34,317 nucleotides of DNA, taken from IMG/VR virus record IMGVR_UViG_3300038679_000379, positions 1 through 34,317 of that record; one strand, given 5' to 3'. The notes under the pieces are model-generated. The model was not told the DNA's origin and searched no databases. It saw only the letters and a program-made list of their open reading frames with translations. The position numbers were made by a program, and so were the translations under genes. Below are positions 24,292 to 33,594 of this stretch, piece after piece. This DNA comes from a virus. Taxonomy: Duplodnaviria > Caudoviricetes. How positions within the stretch are numbered: the first letter of the stretch is position 1; each line of letters starts with the position of its first letter.

Positions 24292-25695
24292 ATGGCGAAG
24301 CCGCTGCTGCCGGATGCGTACGCCACCATCCGGACTCGTGGCCTCGGGCTGGCGGGCAAGGACGCGACGGGGATCGTGGCGCAGGTGGGCATCAGCTCGC
24401 TGGGGTCGAGCATCATCCCCGTCTCGGACGTCGACCGGGTCCGGACGCTGCTGGGCTACGGGCCGCTGGCGGACGCGGTGGCCGAGTGCCTGGCGGCCGG
24501 CGCGCGGTCGGTGCTCGCGGTCAAGGCGGAGGCCGGCACGCAGGGCGCGTCCGGCGACGTGACGGCAACGAAGACGGGTGAGGGCACGGTCACGCCGAGC
24601 GGCGCCGCGAACAACCGCTACCAGATGGTGGTGGAGATCCTGACCGCCGGCGACCTGAACGCCGCCACGTTTAGGTACAGCAAGAACGGCGGCCTCACCT
24701 GGTCGGGGGAGATCACCGTGCCCGGCGCCCCGGGCGCGTACGTCATCCCGAACACCGGCATCACGGTGACCTTCGCGAACGGCGGCGGGACCTTCGACGA
24801 GGGCGACCAGTGGGAGTGGACGACCACCGAGCCGGTGATGTCGGCCGCCACCTGCGGGACGGCCGTGGACGCCCTCATCGCCTCGACGAACGCGTTCGAC
24901 TTCATCCACATCGTGGGGCCGTCGGCCTCGGCGCTGTGGACCTCGGTCGCCACCAAGATGGCGACGGCCGAGGCCGCGCACAAGTACACCTGGGCGCTGT
25001 GCGAGGCGGCGTGGCCGGCCGACGACGACACTCCGGCGGAGTTCGTGGCGGCCGCGCAGGCGGAGGCCGCGGGGTTCGCCAGCGACTACATCGGGGTGTG
25101 CGCGGAGTTCCGGTACATCACGGATGCCCTGGACGGGGCTTTGCGCCCCCGCAACTGCGCGGCCATCTTCGCGGGCTGGCTGGTCGCCGGCGCGCGCGTG
25201 TCGGACAGCCCGGCCTGGGTCGAGCGGGGCCCGCTGCCGATGGTCATGGCGGACGCGGCGCTCCCGAAGGACCGGGCGTACGCGGACGTCGCCGCGCTCG
25301 ACACCGCCCGCTACATCACCTTCCGGCAGTACGAGGACCTCGACGGGGTCTACGTGACGGCCGACCGGCTGATGTCGGCCGAGACGTCGGACTTCCGGTA
25401 CGCCTACCTGCGCCGGACGATGAACAAGGCGGCGCGGGGATGCCGGCTGGCGGTCCTGCCGCACGTGTGGGGCGACGGGGACGTGGTCGGCCAGCGCGCC
25501 ATCGTCACGTCGGCCAAGCAGCCGCTGAAGCGGATGCAGGCGGCCGGGGAGATCGTCGACCTCGACGTGCAGATCCCGGCCGGCCAGGACGTGCTCGGCA
25601 CGAGCGAGTTCAACATCAAGATCCGGATCCAGCCCAAGCCGAAGGCGGCCTGGATCGGGATGGACCTGGGCTTCGCCAACCCGTACGCGGCGTGA
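24292..25695 (+). CDS. tail sheath protein (DUF2586-like)
   Basis: LGYGPLAD, ATFRYSKNGG, FDEGD, FDFIHIVG, YITFRQYEDLDGVYV, SDFRY...RTMNKAAR; 467 aa, precedes the tube. Confidence 0.85.
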   Translation: MAKPLLPDAYATIRTRGLGLAGKDATGIVAQVGISSLGSSIIPVSDVDRVRTLLGYGPLADAVAECLAAGARSVLAVKAEAGTQGASGDVTATKTGEGTVTPSGAANNRYQMVVEILTAGDLNAATFRYSKNGGLTWSGEITVPGAPGAYVIPNTGITVTFANGGGTFDEGDQWEWTTTEPVMSAATCGTAVDALIASTNAFDFIHIVGPSASALWTSVATKMATAEAAHKYTWALCEAAWPADDDTPAEFVAAAQAEAAGFASDYIGVCAEFRYITDALDGALRPRNCAAIFAGWLVAGARVSDSPAWVERGPLPMVMADAALPKDRAYADVAALDTARYITFRQYEDLDGVYVTADRLMSAETSDFRYAYLRRTMNKAARGCRLAVLPHVWGDGDVVGQRAIVTSAKQPLKRMQAAGEIVDLDVQIPAGQDVLGTSEFNIKIRIQPKPKAAWIGMDLGFANPYAA

Positions 25696-25750
25696 CGCTC
25701 GAGCGGCGGGTCTGACGCCGGGTCACGGGCCCGGCAGAGGGAGGGAGATC

Positions 25751-26188
25751 ATGCCGGTCAACGGGCGGGTGTGGGCGTTCGAGGACCTGTCGCTGACCCT
25801 GATCGGGGGACGGCGGCAGACCTTCGTCCAGTCGATCGATTACGGCGACCAGGTCCCGAAGGAGCACGCGCATGCCCTCGGCTCCATCGCGCCGCGCGGG
25901 ATCGGGCGGGGCGTGTACACGGCCGAGGGCAACCTCACGCTCCTGCGCGACGGCTTCGACGAGCTGCTGGCCCAGCTCGCGGTGCGGCGCGAGCGGCTCT
26001 ACGGGGTCCAGTTCTCCGCGAACGTCACGTACGGCGAGGAGGATGGCGACCTGAGCGTGGACGAGCTGCCGCTGTGCGAGTTCACGAGCGTGAAGAGCGG
26101 CGGCAAGGTGGGCGACACGAAGCTCGAGGTCCAGCTCGGCTTCATCGTGGTCGACCCGATCGTGCGCAACGGCGTCCAGGCGGTCTGA
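25751..26188 (+). CDS. tail tube protein
   Basis: VNGRVWAFED...SIDYGD...PRGIGRGVYTAEG; 145 aa after the sheath; strong SD. Confidence 0.8.
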   Translation: MPVNGRVWAFEDLSLTLIGGRRQTFVQSIDYGDQVPKEHAHALGSIAPRGIGRGVYTAEGNLTLLRDGFDELLAQLAVRRERLYGVQFSANVTYGEEDGDLSVDELPLCEFTSVKSGGKVGDTKLEVQLGFIVVDPIVRNGVQAV

Positions 26189-26261
26189 CCGCCGCTGCCG
26201 GCGGAGGGCCGGTCGTAGACCCTGATGATGCGGCCGCGGACGGCCGCCGAGGAGTGGATCC

Positions 26262-26642
26262 GTGGCGAAGGAGCGAGAGCAGGAAGGCGCGGAGACGAAG
26301 GACGAGCGGCCGTCGGGCGTACCCCTCGCGGAGCGCATCGCGGTGCTGCGGCAGAAGGGGATCGAGGTCTTCGAGTCGACGTCGGTCGACACCGAGGATC
26401 GCGAGTTCCGGATGACCTTCCGGGCGCCGAACCAGTCGCACCTGGCGCGCTACATGCGCAACAGCCAGGCGTCGAACGCGGTCCGGGCCGGCATGCAGTT
26501 CTGCCAGGACGTCGTGCTCGACCCGCCGAAGGAGGAGCTGGTGGACGCGCTGGAGGCCCGGCCCGGCCTCGTCCTCTCCTGCGTCAACGAGATCCTGGAG
26601 TCGGTCGGGGGCGGCCAGGTTTTCAGCAGGCGCAGGATCTAG
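26262..26642 (+). CDS. tail assembly chaperone (G-like)
   Basis: Between tube and TMP; GAGGAG SD. Confidence 0.75.
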   Translation: MAKEREQEGAETKDERPSGVPLAERIAVLRQKGIEVFESTSVDTEDREFRMTFRAPNQSHLARYMRNSQASNAVRAGMQFCQDVVLDPPKEELVDALEARPGLVLSCVNEILESVGGGQVFSRRRI

Positions 26643-26851
26643 TCGCCTCCAAGCTGGCGGCACTGCGGCGCATGGATGCGCGACAGTACCGTCTGCTGGT
26701 GATGCAGCGACTGGACCTGCGCGAAGCCGACCTCGACCGGATGGAGGACGACGAGTTCGCGACGGCCGTGGCGGAAGCCTTGTGGCTCGAGGAGCGTGAG
26801 GTCGAGGTCATGGCGGCGGCGCTCAGTCGGGTGTTCTCGCGGAGGGGGTGA
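26618..26851 (+). CDS. frameshift extension of the tail chaperone (GT-like)
   Basis: Open -1 frame to 26851 (DDEFATAVAEALWLEERE); G GTT TTC slippery heptamer at 26618-26624. Confidence 0.65.
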   Translation, partial: GFQQAQDLVASKLAALRRMDARQYRLLVMQRLDLREADLDRMEDDEFATAVAEALWLEEREVEVMAAALSRVFSRRG

Positions 26852-26854
26852 GAC

Positions 26855-28945
26855 GTGTTCGGGGCCATCTTCACTGCGATGCTCGTCGTGTCGGTCCTGG
26901 ACCGGCTGACGGGACCCGTCCAGGGGATGGCCAAGCAGATGGCTCGCTTTCAGGCGAGCATCCAGGCCGCCAGCACCAAGCTCAAGAAGTGGGGAGAGGG
27001 CGTCGGGGACTGGGGCAAGAAGATCTCGATCGGCGCGGCGGCTGGGGCCGTCGCGCTGGCGGGGCTGCTGCGCCCCACGATGGCCGTCGACAAGGCGTCG
27101 CGGGCGCTGCAGACCGTCATCACGCCGATGTACGGGTCGATGGAAGAGGACATGAAGCGGGTCCGGACGGCCGCGCAGGAGTGGGAGAAGACACACGTCG
27201 GGTCGGCCGAGCAGTTCATCCAGACATCGTACGGCATGGTCTCGGCCGGACTCACCACGGCCCAGGCTATCGAGGGCACGAGGGCCGCCACGGCCCTCGC
27301 GACGGCCACGTTCGGCGACGCTACGGAGGCCGCGGGGTACCTCGCGACGCTGTACAACAACCTCGGCAACAAGGCGGGCGACGCGGCCACCGAGATGACG
27401 CGGCTCGCCGACATCACGGCGAAGACTCAGCAGTTCCACCAGATCGCGAACCTCGGTCAGCTCACGGAGGGCATGAAGTACGCCACGCCGGTGGCGAAGA
27501 TGTACGGCATCTCGCTCGAGCAGGTGTCGGCCGTAGTCGGCACGCTGAACGACAGCGGCATCGCGGGCGGTCAGGCCGGCACGGCGTTCGCCGCGATGAT
27601 GCGCGGCATGAACGGGGCCGCGAAAGATCTCGGCTTCGCGATTTCCAGGACGGCCGAGGGCGGCGTCGACCTCGTCGGCACCATGGAGAACCTGAAGGCG
27701 AAGTTTGGCTCCAGGCTGCTCGACCCGCAGGTGCAGCAGCAGCTCCAGGAAGCGTTCGGCGACGAGGGGCTGAAGGGCGTCATGTCCCTGATGGACAAGA
27801 CGCAGCGGCTTCGAGACAGCATGACGGCGCTGGGAGCTGCGACCGGCACCGTGGCGGCGGCCCTCGCCACGGTGGAGGGGGGCATCGAGGCGCGGTTCGT
27901 CATCCTCAAACAGCGGCTGGTCGGGGTCGCGGTGACCCTCGGCGAGAAGCTGGTTCCGCTCATCGAGCGTCTGGCACCGAAGTTCGAGAAGGCCATCCAG
28001 GCGGTGACGCAGTTCATCGAGAAGAACCCGCAGCTTGCCGAGACGGTGATCCATGTGCTCGCGATCAGCACCGCCGTCGGGGCCGTGGCCGGTCCGCTCC
28101 TGATGCTGGTCGGCGGCGCGATGAAGGTGGTGGGCGCGTTCCTCGGGTTCCGGGCGGTGCAGGGGCTGCTGGCGCGGGTCGCGGTCACGGCGGGCATCGG
28201 CATCCCGGGGGCGCTGGGCGCAGCCGACAAGGCGGGGACGCAGGTCGCGGGATCGCTCGCGGGCAAGTTCGGCAAGTTGCTCGGCATCCTCGGCAAGATC
28301 CTCGTGCTCTGGGAGGTCTTCAAGGGGGTCGGCTCCCTCGGTCGAGACGCGGCCGGCAAGCTCGATGCGTGGGGTCAGGAGAGCCAGGCGCGCGCAAAGA
28401 TGGAGCGCGCCCGCAAGGTCCTGGCGGACCCGACGGCGACGCGGCGCGAGCGCCTGATGGCCCAGAAGGACCTCGAGTCGGCCGGCTGGCACACCGCCCG
28501 GGCAGCAGATATCCGCCGCGACGTCGCGGCGGGGGGCTACCTCGCGAACGAGCAGATCCCGGGCGTCAAACAGCTTGCCGGGGTCGAGCACACCCCGAGC
28601 TCCGCGCCGCGGCAGATGGCGCGGATAGACGTCGCCCGCGGGCTGGGCGGCATCCAGCTCCAGGGCGTCACGTTGGCGCCGGCTGGCGCTCGCAGCATGG
28701 CCGACGTGCTCGGTGGCTACGGCATGGGGATGCCGGGCCCGGGCCAGCTGGCGGTGCCTGGGCAGCGGGACGCCGGCGGCACGATGCAGGTGGAGGACCC
28801 GAAGACCACCGAGCTGCTGCGCGCGCTGTACGACCAGGGCGCGGAGGCCATGCGGCAGAAGCAGCCGATCTTCGTCCAGCTCCCGGACGGCAGCCTCGTG
28901 GAGGCCCAGGCGTACCAGGGCGCGGCGCGGGAGGCGGCGTACTGA
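26855..28945 (+). CDS. tape measure protein
   Basis: VSVLDRLTGP N-terminus; GMKYATPVAK...VGTLNDSGIAGGQAGTAF...FGDEG core; GGAGGG SD. Confidence 0.92.
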   Translation: MFGAIFTAMLVVSVLDRLTGPVQGMAKQMARFQASIQAASTKLKKWGEGVGDWGKKISIGAAAGAVALAGLLRPTMAVDKASRALQTVITPMYGSMEEDMKRVRTAAQEWEKTHVGSAEQFIQTSYGMVSAGLTTAQAIEGTRAATALATATFGDATEAAGYLATLYNNLGNKAGDAATEMTRLADITAKTQQFHQIANLGQLTEGMKYATPVAKMYGISLEQVSAVVGTLNDSGIAGGQAGTAFAAMMRGMNGAAKDLGFAISRTAEGGVDLVGTMENLKAKFGSRLLDPQVQQQLQEAFGDEGLKGVMSLMDKTQRLRDSMTALGAATGTVAAALATVEGGIEARFVILKQRLVGVAVTLGEKLVPLIERLAPKFEKAIQAVTQFIEKNPQLAETVIHVLAISTAVGAVAGPLLMLVGGAMKVVGAFLGFRAVQGLLARVAVTAGIGIPGALGAADKAGTQVAGSLAGKFGKLLGILGKILVLWEVFKGVGSLGRDAAGKLDAWGQESQARAKMERARKVLADPTATRRERLMAQKDLESAGWHTARAADIRRDVAAGGYLANEQIPGVKQLAGVEHTPSSAPRQMARIDVARGLGGIQLQGVTLAPAGARSMADVLGGYGMGMPGPGQLAVPGQRDAGGTMQVEDPKTTELLRALYDQGAEAMRQKQPIFVQLPDGSLVEAQAYQGAAREAAY

Positions 28946-29697
28946 TGGCCGAGCTCGCGACCAGCATGGAGGTGCGGGGGCCTGGCGGAGCGGTGCGCCT
29001 CGGCGAGGTCGAGCTTCCCGGGCAGGTGCAGGCCATCGACGTGGACAACGAGGTGCTCTACGACGAGGCCCGGACGCCGTCGCGCAGCGGCACGTCGCGG
29101 CAGCCGCAAGGCTTCGGGGACGGGACGGTGACGATCCGGGTGCGCTTCCTGGACCAGCGGGATGGTCTCACGGCGCTCGAGCAGGTCAAGCAGGTGGAGG
29201 GGCTGTTCAAGGCGGTGGACCCGGCGGCGCGGCCGCGGATCTTTCGCCTGGTGAACGTCCTGACCCGCGCGCGGGGCATCCGCGACGTGATGTGGAAGAC
29301 CTTCAAGGTGGCCGCGAAGGTCGGCGTGGGCTGGCTCGAGGGGGACCTGGTGCTGGTGGAGCACAGGCCCGCGATCGTCGCGAAGGAACGCGCGGCCGCC
29401 TGGAAGGCGGGCCTGGGCGACGGCAGCGCCGCGCTCGCGGGCGGGTTGACCGCGGGCATCACAAACCTGGCCGGGACAGCCATCGGCGCGGGGCTCCAGG
29501 AAGCCATCGCGGCCGGCGGCGGGTACGTGCGGGATCAGAAGGTCGCTCCGTACCGTCGCGCGCTCGAGCGCGGGCGAACGGCGCGCTCGAGCGCGGACCG
29601 GCTGCTGATGAAGGTGCCTCCGCGTACGACGGAGGAGAGCGAGGACGTGAAGCGGCAGCAGGCGGCGGCCGAGCTGCGCAGTCACCGGCGGATGTAG
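28945..29697 (+). CDS. putative tail tube initiator / baseplate-proximal protein
   Basis: TGATG overlap after TMP; SGTSRQPQGFGDGTVTI. Confidence 0.6.
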   Translation: MAELATSMEVRGPGGAVRLGEVELPGQVQAIDVDNEVLYDEARTPSRSGTSRQPQGFGDGTVTIRVRFLDQRDGLTALEQVKQVEGLFKAVDPAARPRIFRLVNVLTRARGIRDVMWKTFKVAAKVGVGWLEGDLVLVEHRPAIVAKERAAAWKAGLGDGSAALAGGLTAGITNLAGTAIGAGLQEAIAAGGGYVRDQKVAPYRRALERGRTARSSADRLLMKVPPRTTEESEDVKRQQAAAELRSHRRM

Positions 29698-29705
29698 GGG
29701 CGCAC

Positions 29706-30521
29706 GTGGCCGAGGAGCGGACCATCCAGACGCCCGACTGGGCGGTGTTCGTGGGGGGCTGGTCGGTCGAGCAGCTCGTGTCCCTCGACCACGTGTCGAG
29801 CCGGCTGCGGCCGTTCGCGACCCTGGAGCTCCGCGTGGACAACGAGGACGGCGCGGCGGCCGAGAAGCTGACCGAAGGCGCCGAGGTGCTGATGGGCGTC
29901 GGGGACCGCGAGACGGGGCTGCTCGGCCTGTTCCACGGCGAAGTGGAGGAGGTGCAGCCAGAGCGGGTCCTGACGCTCAGGGCGCGCGACAAGGGCATGC
30001 TCGGGCTCGCGCGGGCGCACGTGACGCGGAGCTGGCTGCGGGTCACGCCGCAGGAGGTGGCGCGCGCGGTCCTGGACGAGCTGGGCGTGGCCCACGGGCT
30101 CGGCTCGGCCGAGCTGCCGCGCCGGCATCACGTGGTCGCGCGGGGGCTGAGCGTGCTCGAGCTGCTCCAGCAAATGGACCGGCAGTGGCAGCTTGGCTGG
30201 GACCTCTACTGCGAGGTCGACGGGACGGTCTGGTGGGGGCCCTGGGACGAGTCGCCCCGGTACCAGCGGGCGCTCAACGCGGACCTGACGATCCTCGTCG
30301 AGGGGGACTCGCTGCTCGGGCTCGAGCCCAGCGGGGTCGACATCGGGACGGCGAAGACGTGGCTCTTGCCCGAGCTGCAGCACTCGGGGCTCGTGGGGCT
30401 GGTGGACGCACGGTTCTGGCTCGAGCGGCGGCTGGCGCGCCTGGAGCGCGTGACCCACCGTGTGCGCGGTCCGCGGCAGGGCGGTTCGCGGACCGAGCTG
30501 GAGTGGAGGCTCGTCGCATGA
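29706..30521 (+). CDS. putative baseplate hub protein (gp44/gpD-like)
   Basis: Synteny; LFHGEVEEV...LRARD...TPQEVARAVL. Confidence 0.65.
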   Translation: MAEERTIQTPDWAVFVGGWSVEQLVSLDHVSSRLRPFATLELRVDNEDGAAAEKLTEGAEVLMGVGDRETGLLGLFHGEVEEVQPERVLTLRARDKGMLGLARAHVTRSWLRVTPQEVARAVLDELGVAHGLGSAELPRRHHVVARGLSVLELLQQMDRQWQLGWDLYCEVDGTVWWGPWDESPRYQRALNADLTILVEGDSLLGLEPSGVDIGTAKTWLLPELQHSGLVGLVDARFWLERRLARLERVTHRVRGPRQGGSRTELEWRLVA

Positions 30522-31051
30522 AGGAGCGGGAGCAGGCAGCGCTGCGGAAGCTCGTGAGCGACGGGACCGTGCGGCCGGCGATGATGCGGGCCCGCGTGGT
30601 GAAGGGCGGGCCCACCGAGGGCGGCAAGGCGGAGCTGCTCGCGCCGCGGTACGTGGTCGACGTGCAGCCGCTCCTGCCGGACGGCGGGGACGACCCGAGC
30701 TGGCCGGTGCTCTCGGACGTCGAGGTGCCGGTGCTGTGGGCCGGCGCGCAGCGCGGGGTGTTCGGTCTGCCGGCGCCGGGGAGCATCGTGCGGCTGGGGT
30801 TCTACTATGACGACCCGTCTCAGCCGTACGTGGACGGCGTGCTGGCGTACGGCTGGGACGTGCCGGCGGTCGCGGTCGACGAGCTCGTGCTGGCGGTGAA
30901 CGTCAACGTGCGGGTGCGGCTGACGCCCGACGGGATCGAAGTGTTCGGGCCGGTCGTGAAGCTGGCGGGCGCCACGTCGCTGATGCGGTGCCTGTACACC
31001 GGCAGCGACCATCCGGCGCTGCCGCTCCACATCACGAGCCCGGGGGCCTGA
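30518..31051 (+). CDS. baseplate spike (gp45/gpV-like)
   Basis: YVVDVQPL...GVFGLPAPGSIVRLGFYYDDPSQPYV OB-fold; C-terminal His residues. Confidence 0.8.
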   Translation: MKEREQAALRKLVSDGTVRPAMMRARVVKGGPTEGGKAELLAPRYVVDVQPLLPDGGDDPSWPVLSDVEVPVLWAGAQRGVFGLPAPGSIVRLGFYYDDPSQPYVDGVLAYGWDVPAVAVDELVLAVNVNVRVRLTPDGIEVFGPVVKLAGATSLMRCLYTGSDHPALPLHITSPGA

Positions 31052-31054
31052 CGG

Positions 31055-31303
31055 ATGCCGCTGACGGACCAGCAGGCCGCGGCGGTGGCCAGCGACATCG
31101 TGGACGACATGGCGGGGCTGTGCGGCGATGCGCCGGACGACGTCGACCGGAAGGCGCTGATGAAGGTCGTGGTGAAGCGGATCTACGACGCGGTCGCCGC
31201 GAACCTGACGGCGACGGTGTCGGGAGCGACGGCGACGGGGCCCTTCGGTGGGCCCCTGAACATCGTGGCGCAGCCGGTGGCGTTCGATCCGCCCGAGGAG
31301 TGA
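31055..31303 (+). CDS. small hypothetical protein (possible spike-tip associated)
   Basis: Packed between spike and wedge genes. Confidence 0.6.
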   Translation: MPLTDQQAAAVASDIVDDMAGLCGDAPDDVDRKALMKVVVKRIYDAVAANLTATVSGATATGPFGGPLNIVAQPVAFDPPEE

Positions 31304-31307
31304 GGCG

Positions 31308-31742
31308 TTGGCGTTGACGGACGAGGAGCTGTTCGGGACGGATCTGGCCGTCGACGACGACGGGAACCTGGTCGCGCTCCCGACGGGGGACGTGGAGCTG
31401 GTGCGCGGCCGCGCGTGCCTGGTCCAGTCCCTCTGGCTGCGCGTGAACACGCCGCGCGGCGGGCTCCTCGGCCACCCGGAGTACGGGTGCGACCTGATCG
31501 CCTTCGTGCAGGGCGACGACACGCCGGAGACGCGGGCGGCCGCCGAGCAGGAGGTCGAGAGCGCCATCGAGGGCGACCCCCGCGTGGCCTCGGTGCGGGC
31601 CAGCACGGTTTCCCTGGGGGACGGCACGGTCGAGATGCGGGTGGAGGTGACCCCGATCGGGGAGGAGCACCCGCTGAACCTGGTCCTCGGCGGCGGCATC
31701 GACGAGGTCACGCTGCAGGTGGTGGAGGGCCTGGATGCCTGA
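31308..31742 (+). CDS. baseplate wedge protein (gp46/gpW/gp25-like)
   Basis: FGTDLAV...GDVELVRG...TPRGGLLGHPEYG...DPRV. Confidence 0.85.
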   Translation: MALTDEELFGTDLAVDDDGNLVALPTGDVELVRGRACLVQSLWLRVNTPRGGLLGHPEYGCDLIAFVQGDDTPETRAAAEQEVESAIEGDPRVASVRASTVSLGDGTVEMRVEVTPIGEEHPLNLVLGGGIDEVTLQVVEGLDA

Positions 31743-32889
31743 CTGGAAGACGCTGGTCGGCTGGCGGTCGCATGCGACGCTCGTGAAGAGCGCGCTCGAC
31801 CTGATGAAGGCCGGCGGGTCGGTCATCACGAACCTGAACGACGGCGGCGTGTTCAAGACGCTGACCGAGGTCGTGTGCAAGGGCATCGCGGACCTCTGGG
31901 ACGAGCTCGTCGACACGCTGGCGCCCAACTCCTTCGTGCAGTTCGCGGGGGGCGTGTGGCTGGCCCTGCATGCGGATGACTACGGGGACGCGCCGCTCCA
32001 GGCGCTGCGCACCCTCGGCGTGGTGCGCTTCGGGCGAACGGGCACGACCGGCAACGTGCCGATCCCGGTCAACACCATCGTCACCACCGAGATCTCCCCC
32101 GGCGGGCAGAAGCTGCGGTACTTCACGACGGCCGCCGCGGTGCTGCCGGCCGGGCAGTCCTCAGTGCAGGTCGCGGTCCGGGCGGAGTTCACGGGGGCCG
32201 CGTACAACGTGGCCGTCGGGTACATCAAGCTGATCGAGACGCCCGTGGGCGGGGTCGAGACGGTCACGAACGAGTCCGGGTGGATCACGACGGAAGGGCG
32301 CAGTGACGAGCAGGACGAGCCGTTGCGGTCGCGGCTGCGGCTGAAGTGGCCGCAGCTGTCGCGCGGGTCGACGGCCGACGCGTACCGGGGCATGGCCCTG
32401 GACGCCGGGGCCACGTCGGTGCAGGTCGACGACCAGCACCCGCGCGGGCCGGGGACGGTCGACGTCATCATCACCGGCCCGGCCGGCACGCCCTCGGTCG
32501 AGCTGCTCGCGACGGTGCAGGCGTACATCGACGCTCGCCGCCCGCAGTGCTCCGACGTGGACGTGGTGGCTCCGCAGCTCCTGCAGGTCGACGTGGACGC
32601 CATCGTGTACCTGGACCCCGACGCGAGCGACGATCAGGTCACCGCTGGCCAGACGGCCGCCGAGGAGCGCGCGGCCGCCTTCTTCGCCGGGTCGGAGTCG
32701 CTGGGCGTGGCGCCGCGCGCGCCCGGGGACGACGTCGCGTTGGGGCAGCTTAGCGCCCTTCTGATGGGCGTGGAGCGGGCGTACGACGTCGTCATCGACC
32801 TGCCGGCGCACACCGAGGTGATGACGCAGCGGCAGCTGGCGGTGGCGGGGACTATCGCGGTGGACGTGCAGCGGAGAGCGGCGCGCTGA
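31735..32889 (+). CDS. baseplate J-like protein (gp47)
   Basis: GVWLALHA, AEFTGAAYNV, EGRSDEQDEPLRSR, PRGPGTVDVII. Confidence 0.92.
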   Translation: MPDWKTLVGWRSHATLVKSALDLMKAGGSVITNLNDGGVFKTLTEVVCKGIADLWDELVDTLAPNSFVQFAGGVWLALHADDYGDAPLQALRTLGVVRFGRTGTTGNVPIPVNTIVTTEISPGGQKLRYFTTAAAVLPAGQSSVQVAVRAEFTGAAYNVAVGYIKLIETPVGGVETVTNESGWITTEGRSDEQDEPLRSRLRLKWPQLSRGSTADAYRGMALDAGATSVQVDDQHPRGPGTVDVIITGPAGTPSVELLATVQAYIDARRPQCSDVDVVAPQLLQVDVDAIVYLDPDASDDQVTAGQTAAEERAAAFFAGSESLGVAPRAPGDDVALGQLSALLMGVERAYDVVIDLPAHTEVMTQRQLAVAGTIAVDVQRRAAR

Positions 32890-33590
32890 TGACGTTCAAC
32901 ACCATGCCTTACGTGCCGGTGTTCGGCGAGCAGACGACGGAGGCGGGCTACCGCATGGGCCTCGGCCTCTGGGGGCTGCTGCCGCGCCCGCTGCGCCTGC
33001 TGGACCGGAAGGGCGTCGCGGCTCAAGCACGGCTGCTGTGCCTGGCCTGCGGTGAGCTGCTCGCCGAGCTGCTCGGGAAGCTGCAGCAGCTTCGCGACAA
33101 CCGACACCCGCTGCTGGCCGCCGAGTGGGCGTTGCCGTTCCTGGCCTGGGAGCGGTGGCTGCCGCAGCTTGGCGGGGAGACGATCGAGCAGTGGCGCAGT
33201 CGGCTGCGAGACGCCTTTCTGCTGCACCAGGAGGGCGGCACGAACCCGGGAGTACTGCGGGTGCTCCGGCTGCTCGGCTTCGCCTCGGCCGAGGTGTACG
33301 AGCACTTCAACCACGCCTGGTACTACAACGGCCAGGTCGCCTACGACGGCAGTCGTCCGTACGGCGGACCCACCGACACGTGGGCGCACTTCTCGGTGGT
33401 GTTCCCCGGCGTGTGGTTGATGGCCTCCGACGTCGTCACGCGGCTGCGCGCGGCCGTCGCCAAGGTGAAGGCCGGGCACGCCCTGCTGGCGTCGTTTCGG
33501 GGTCGAGTGGACACGTTCTACGACGGCACGTGGGCGTACGACGGGTCGGTGATGTACGACGGGGAGACCGTCGTGCTGTGGGAGGAGTAG
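32889..33590 (+). CDS. baseplate/tail protein I-like (gp48)
   Basis: LPFLAWER...ETIEQWRSRL...GGTNPGV; YDG repeats; follows baseplate J. Confidence 0.8.
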   Translation: MTFNTMPYVPVFGEQTTEAGYRMGLGLWGLLPRPLRLLDRKGVAAQARLLCLACGELLAELLGKLQQLRDNRHPLLAAEWALPFLAWERWLPQLGGETIEQWRSRLRDAFLLHQEGGTNPGVLRVLRLLGFASAEVYEHFNHAWYYNGQVAYDGSRPYGGPTDTWAHFSVVFPGVWLMASDVVTRLRAAVAKVKAGHALLASFRGRVDTFYDGTWAYDGSVMYDGETVVLWEE

Positions 33591-33594
33591 GCGG

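Noticed and set aside
26848-28944. 949-aa ORF overlapping the tape measure gene
   Set aside because: Low-complexity alternative frame; the real gene starts at ATG 28945. The same applies to 28713..29705
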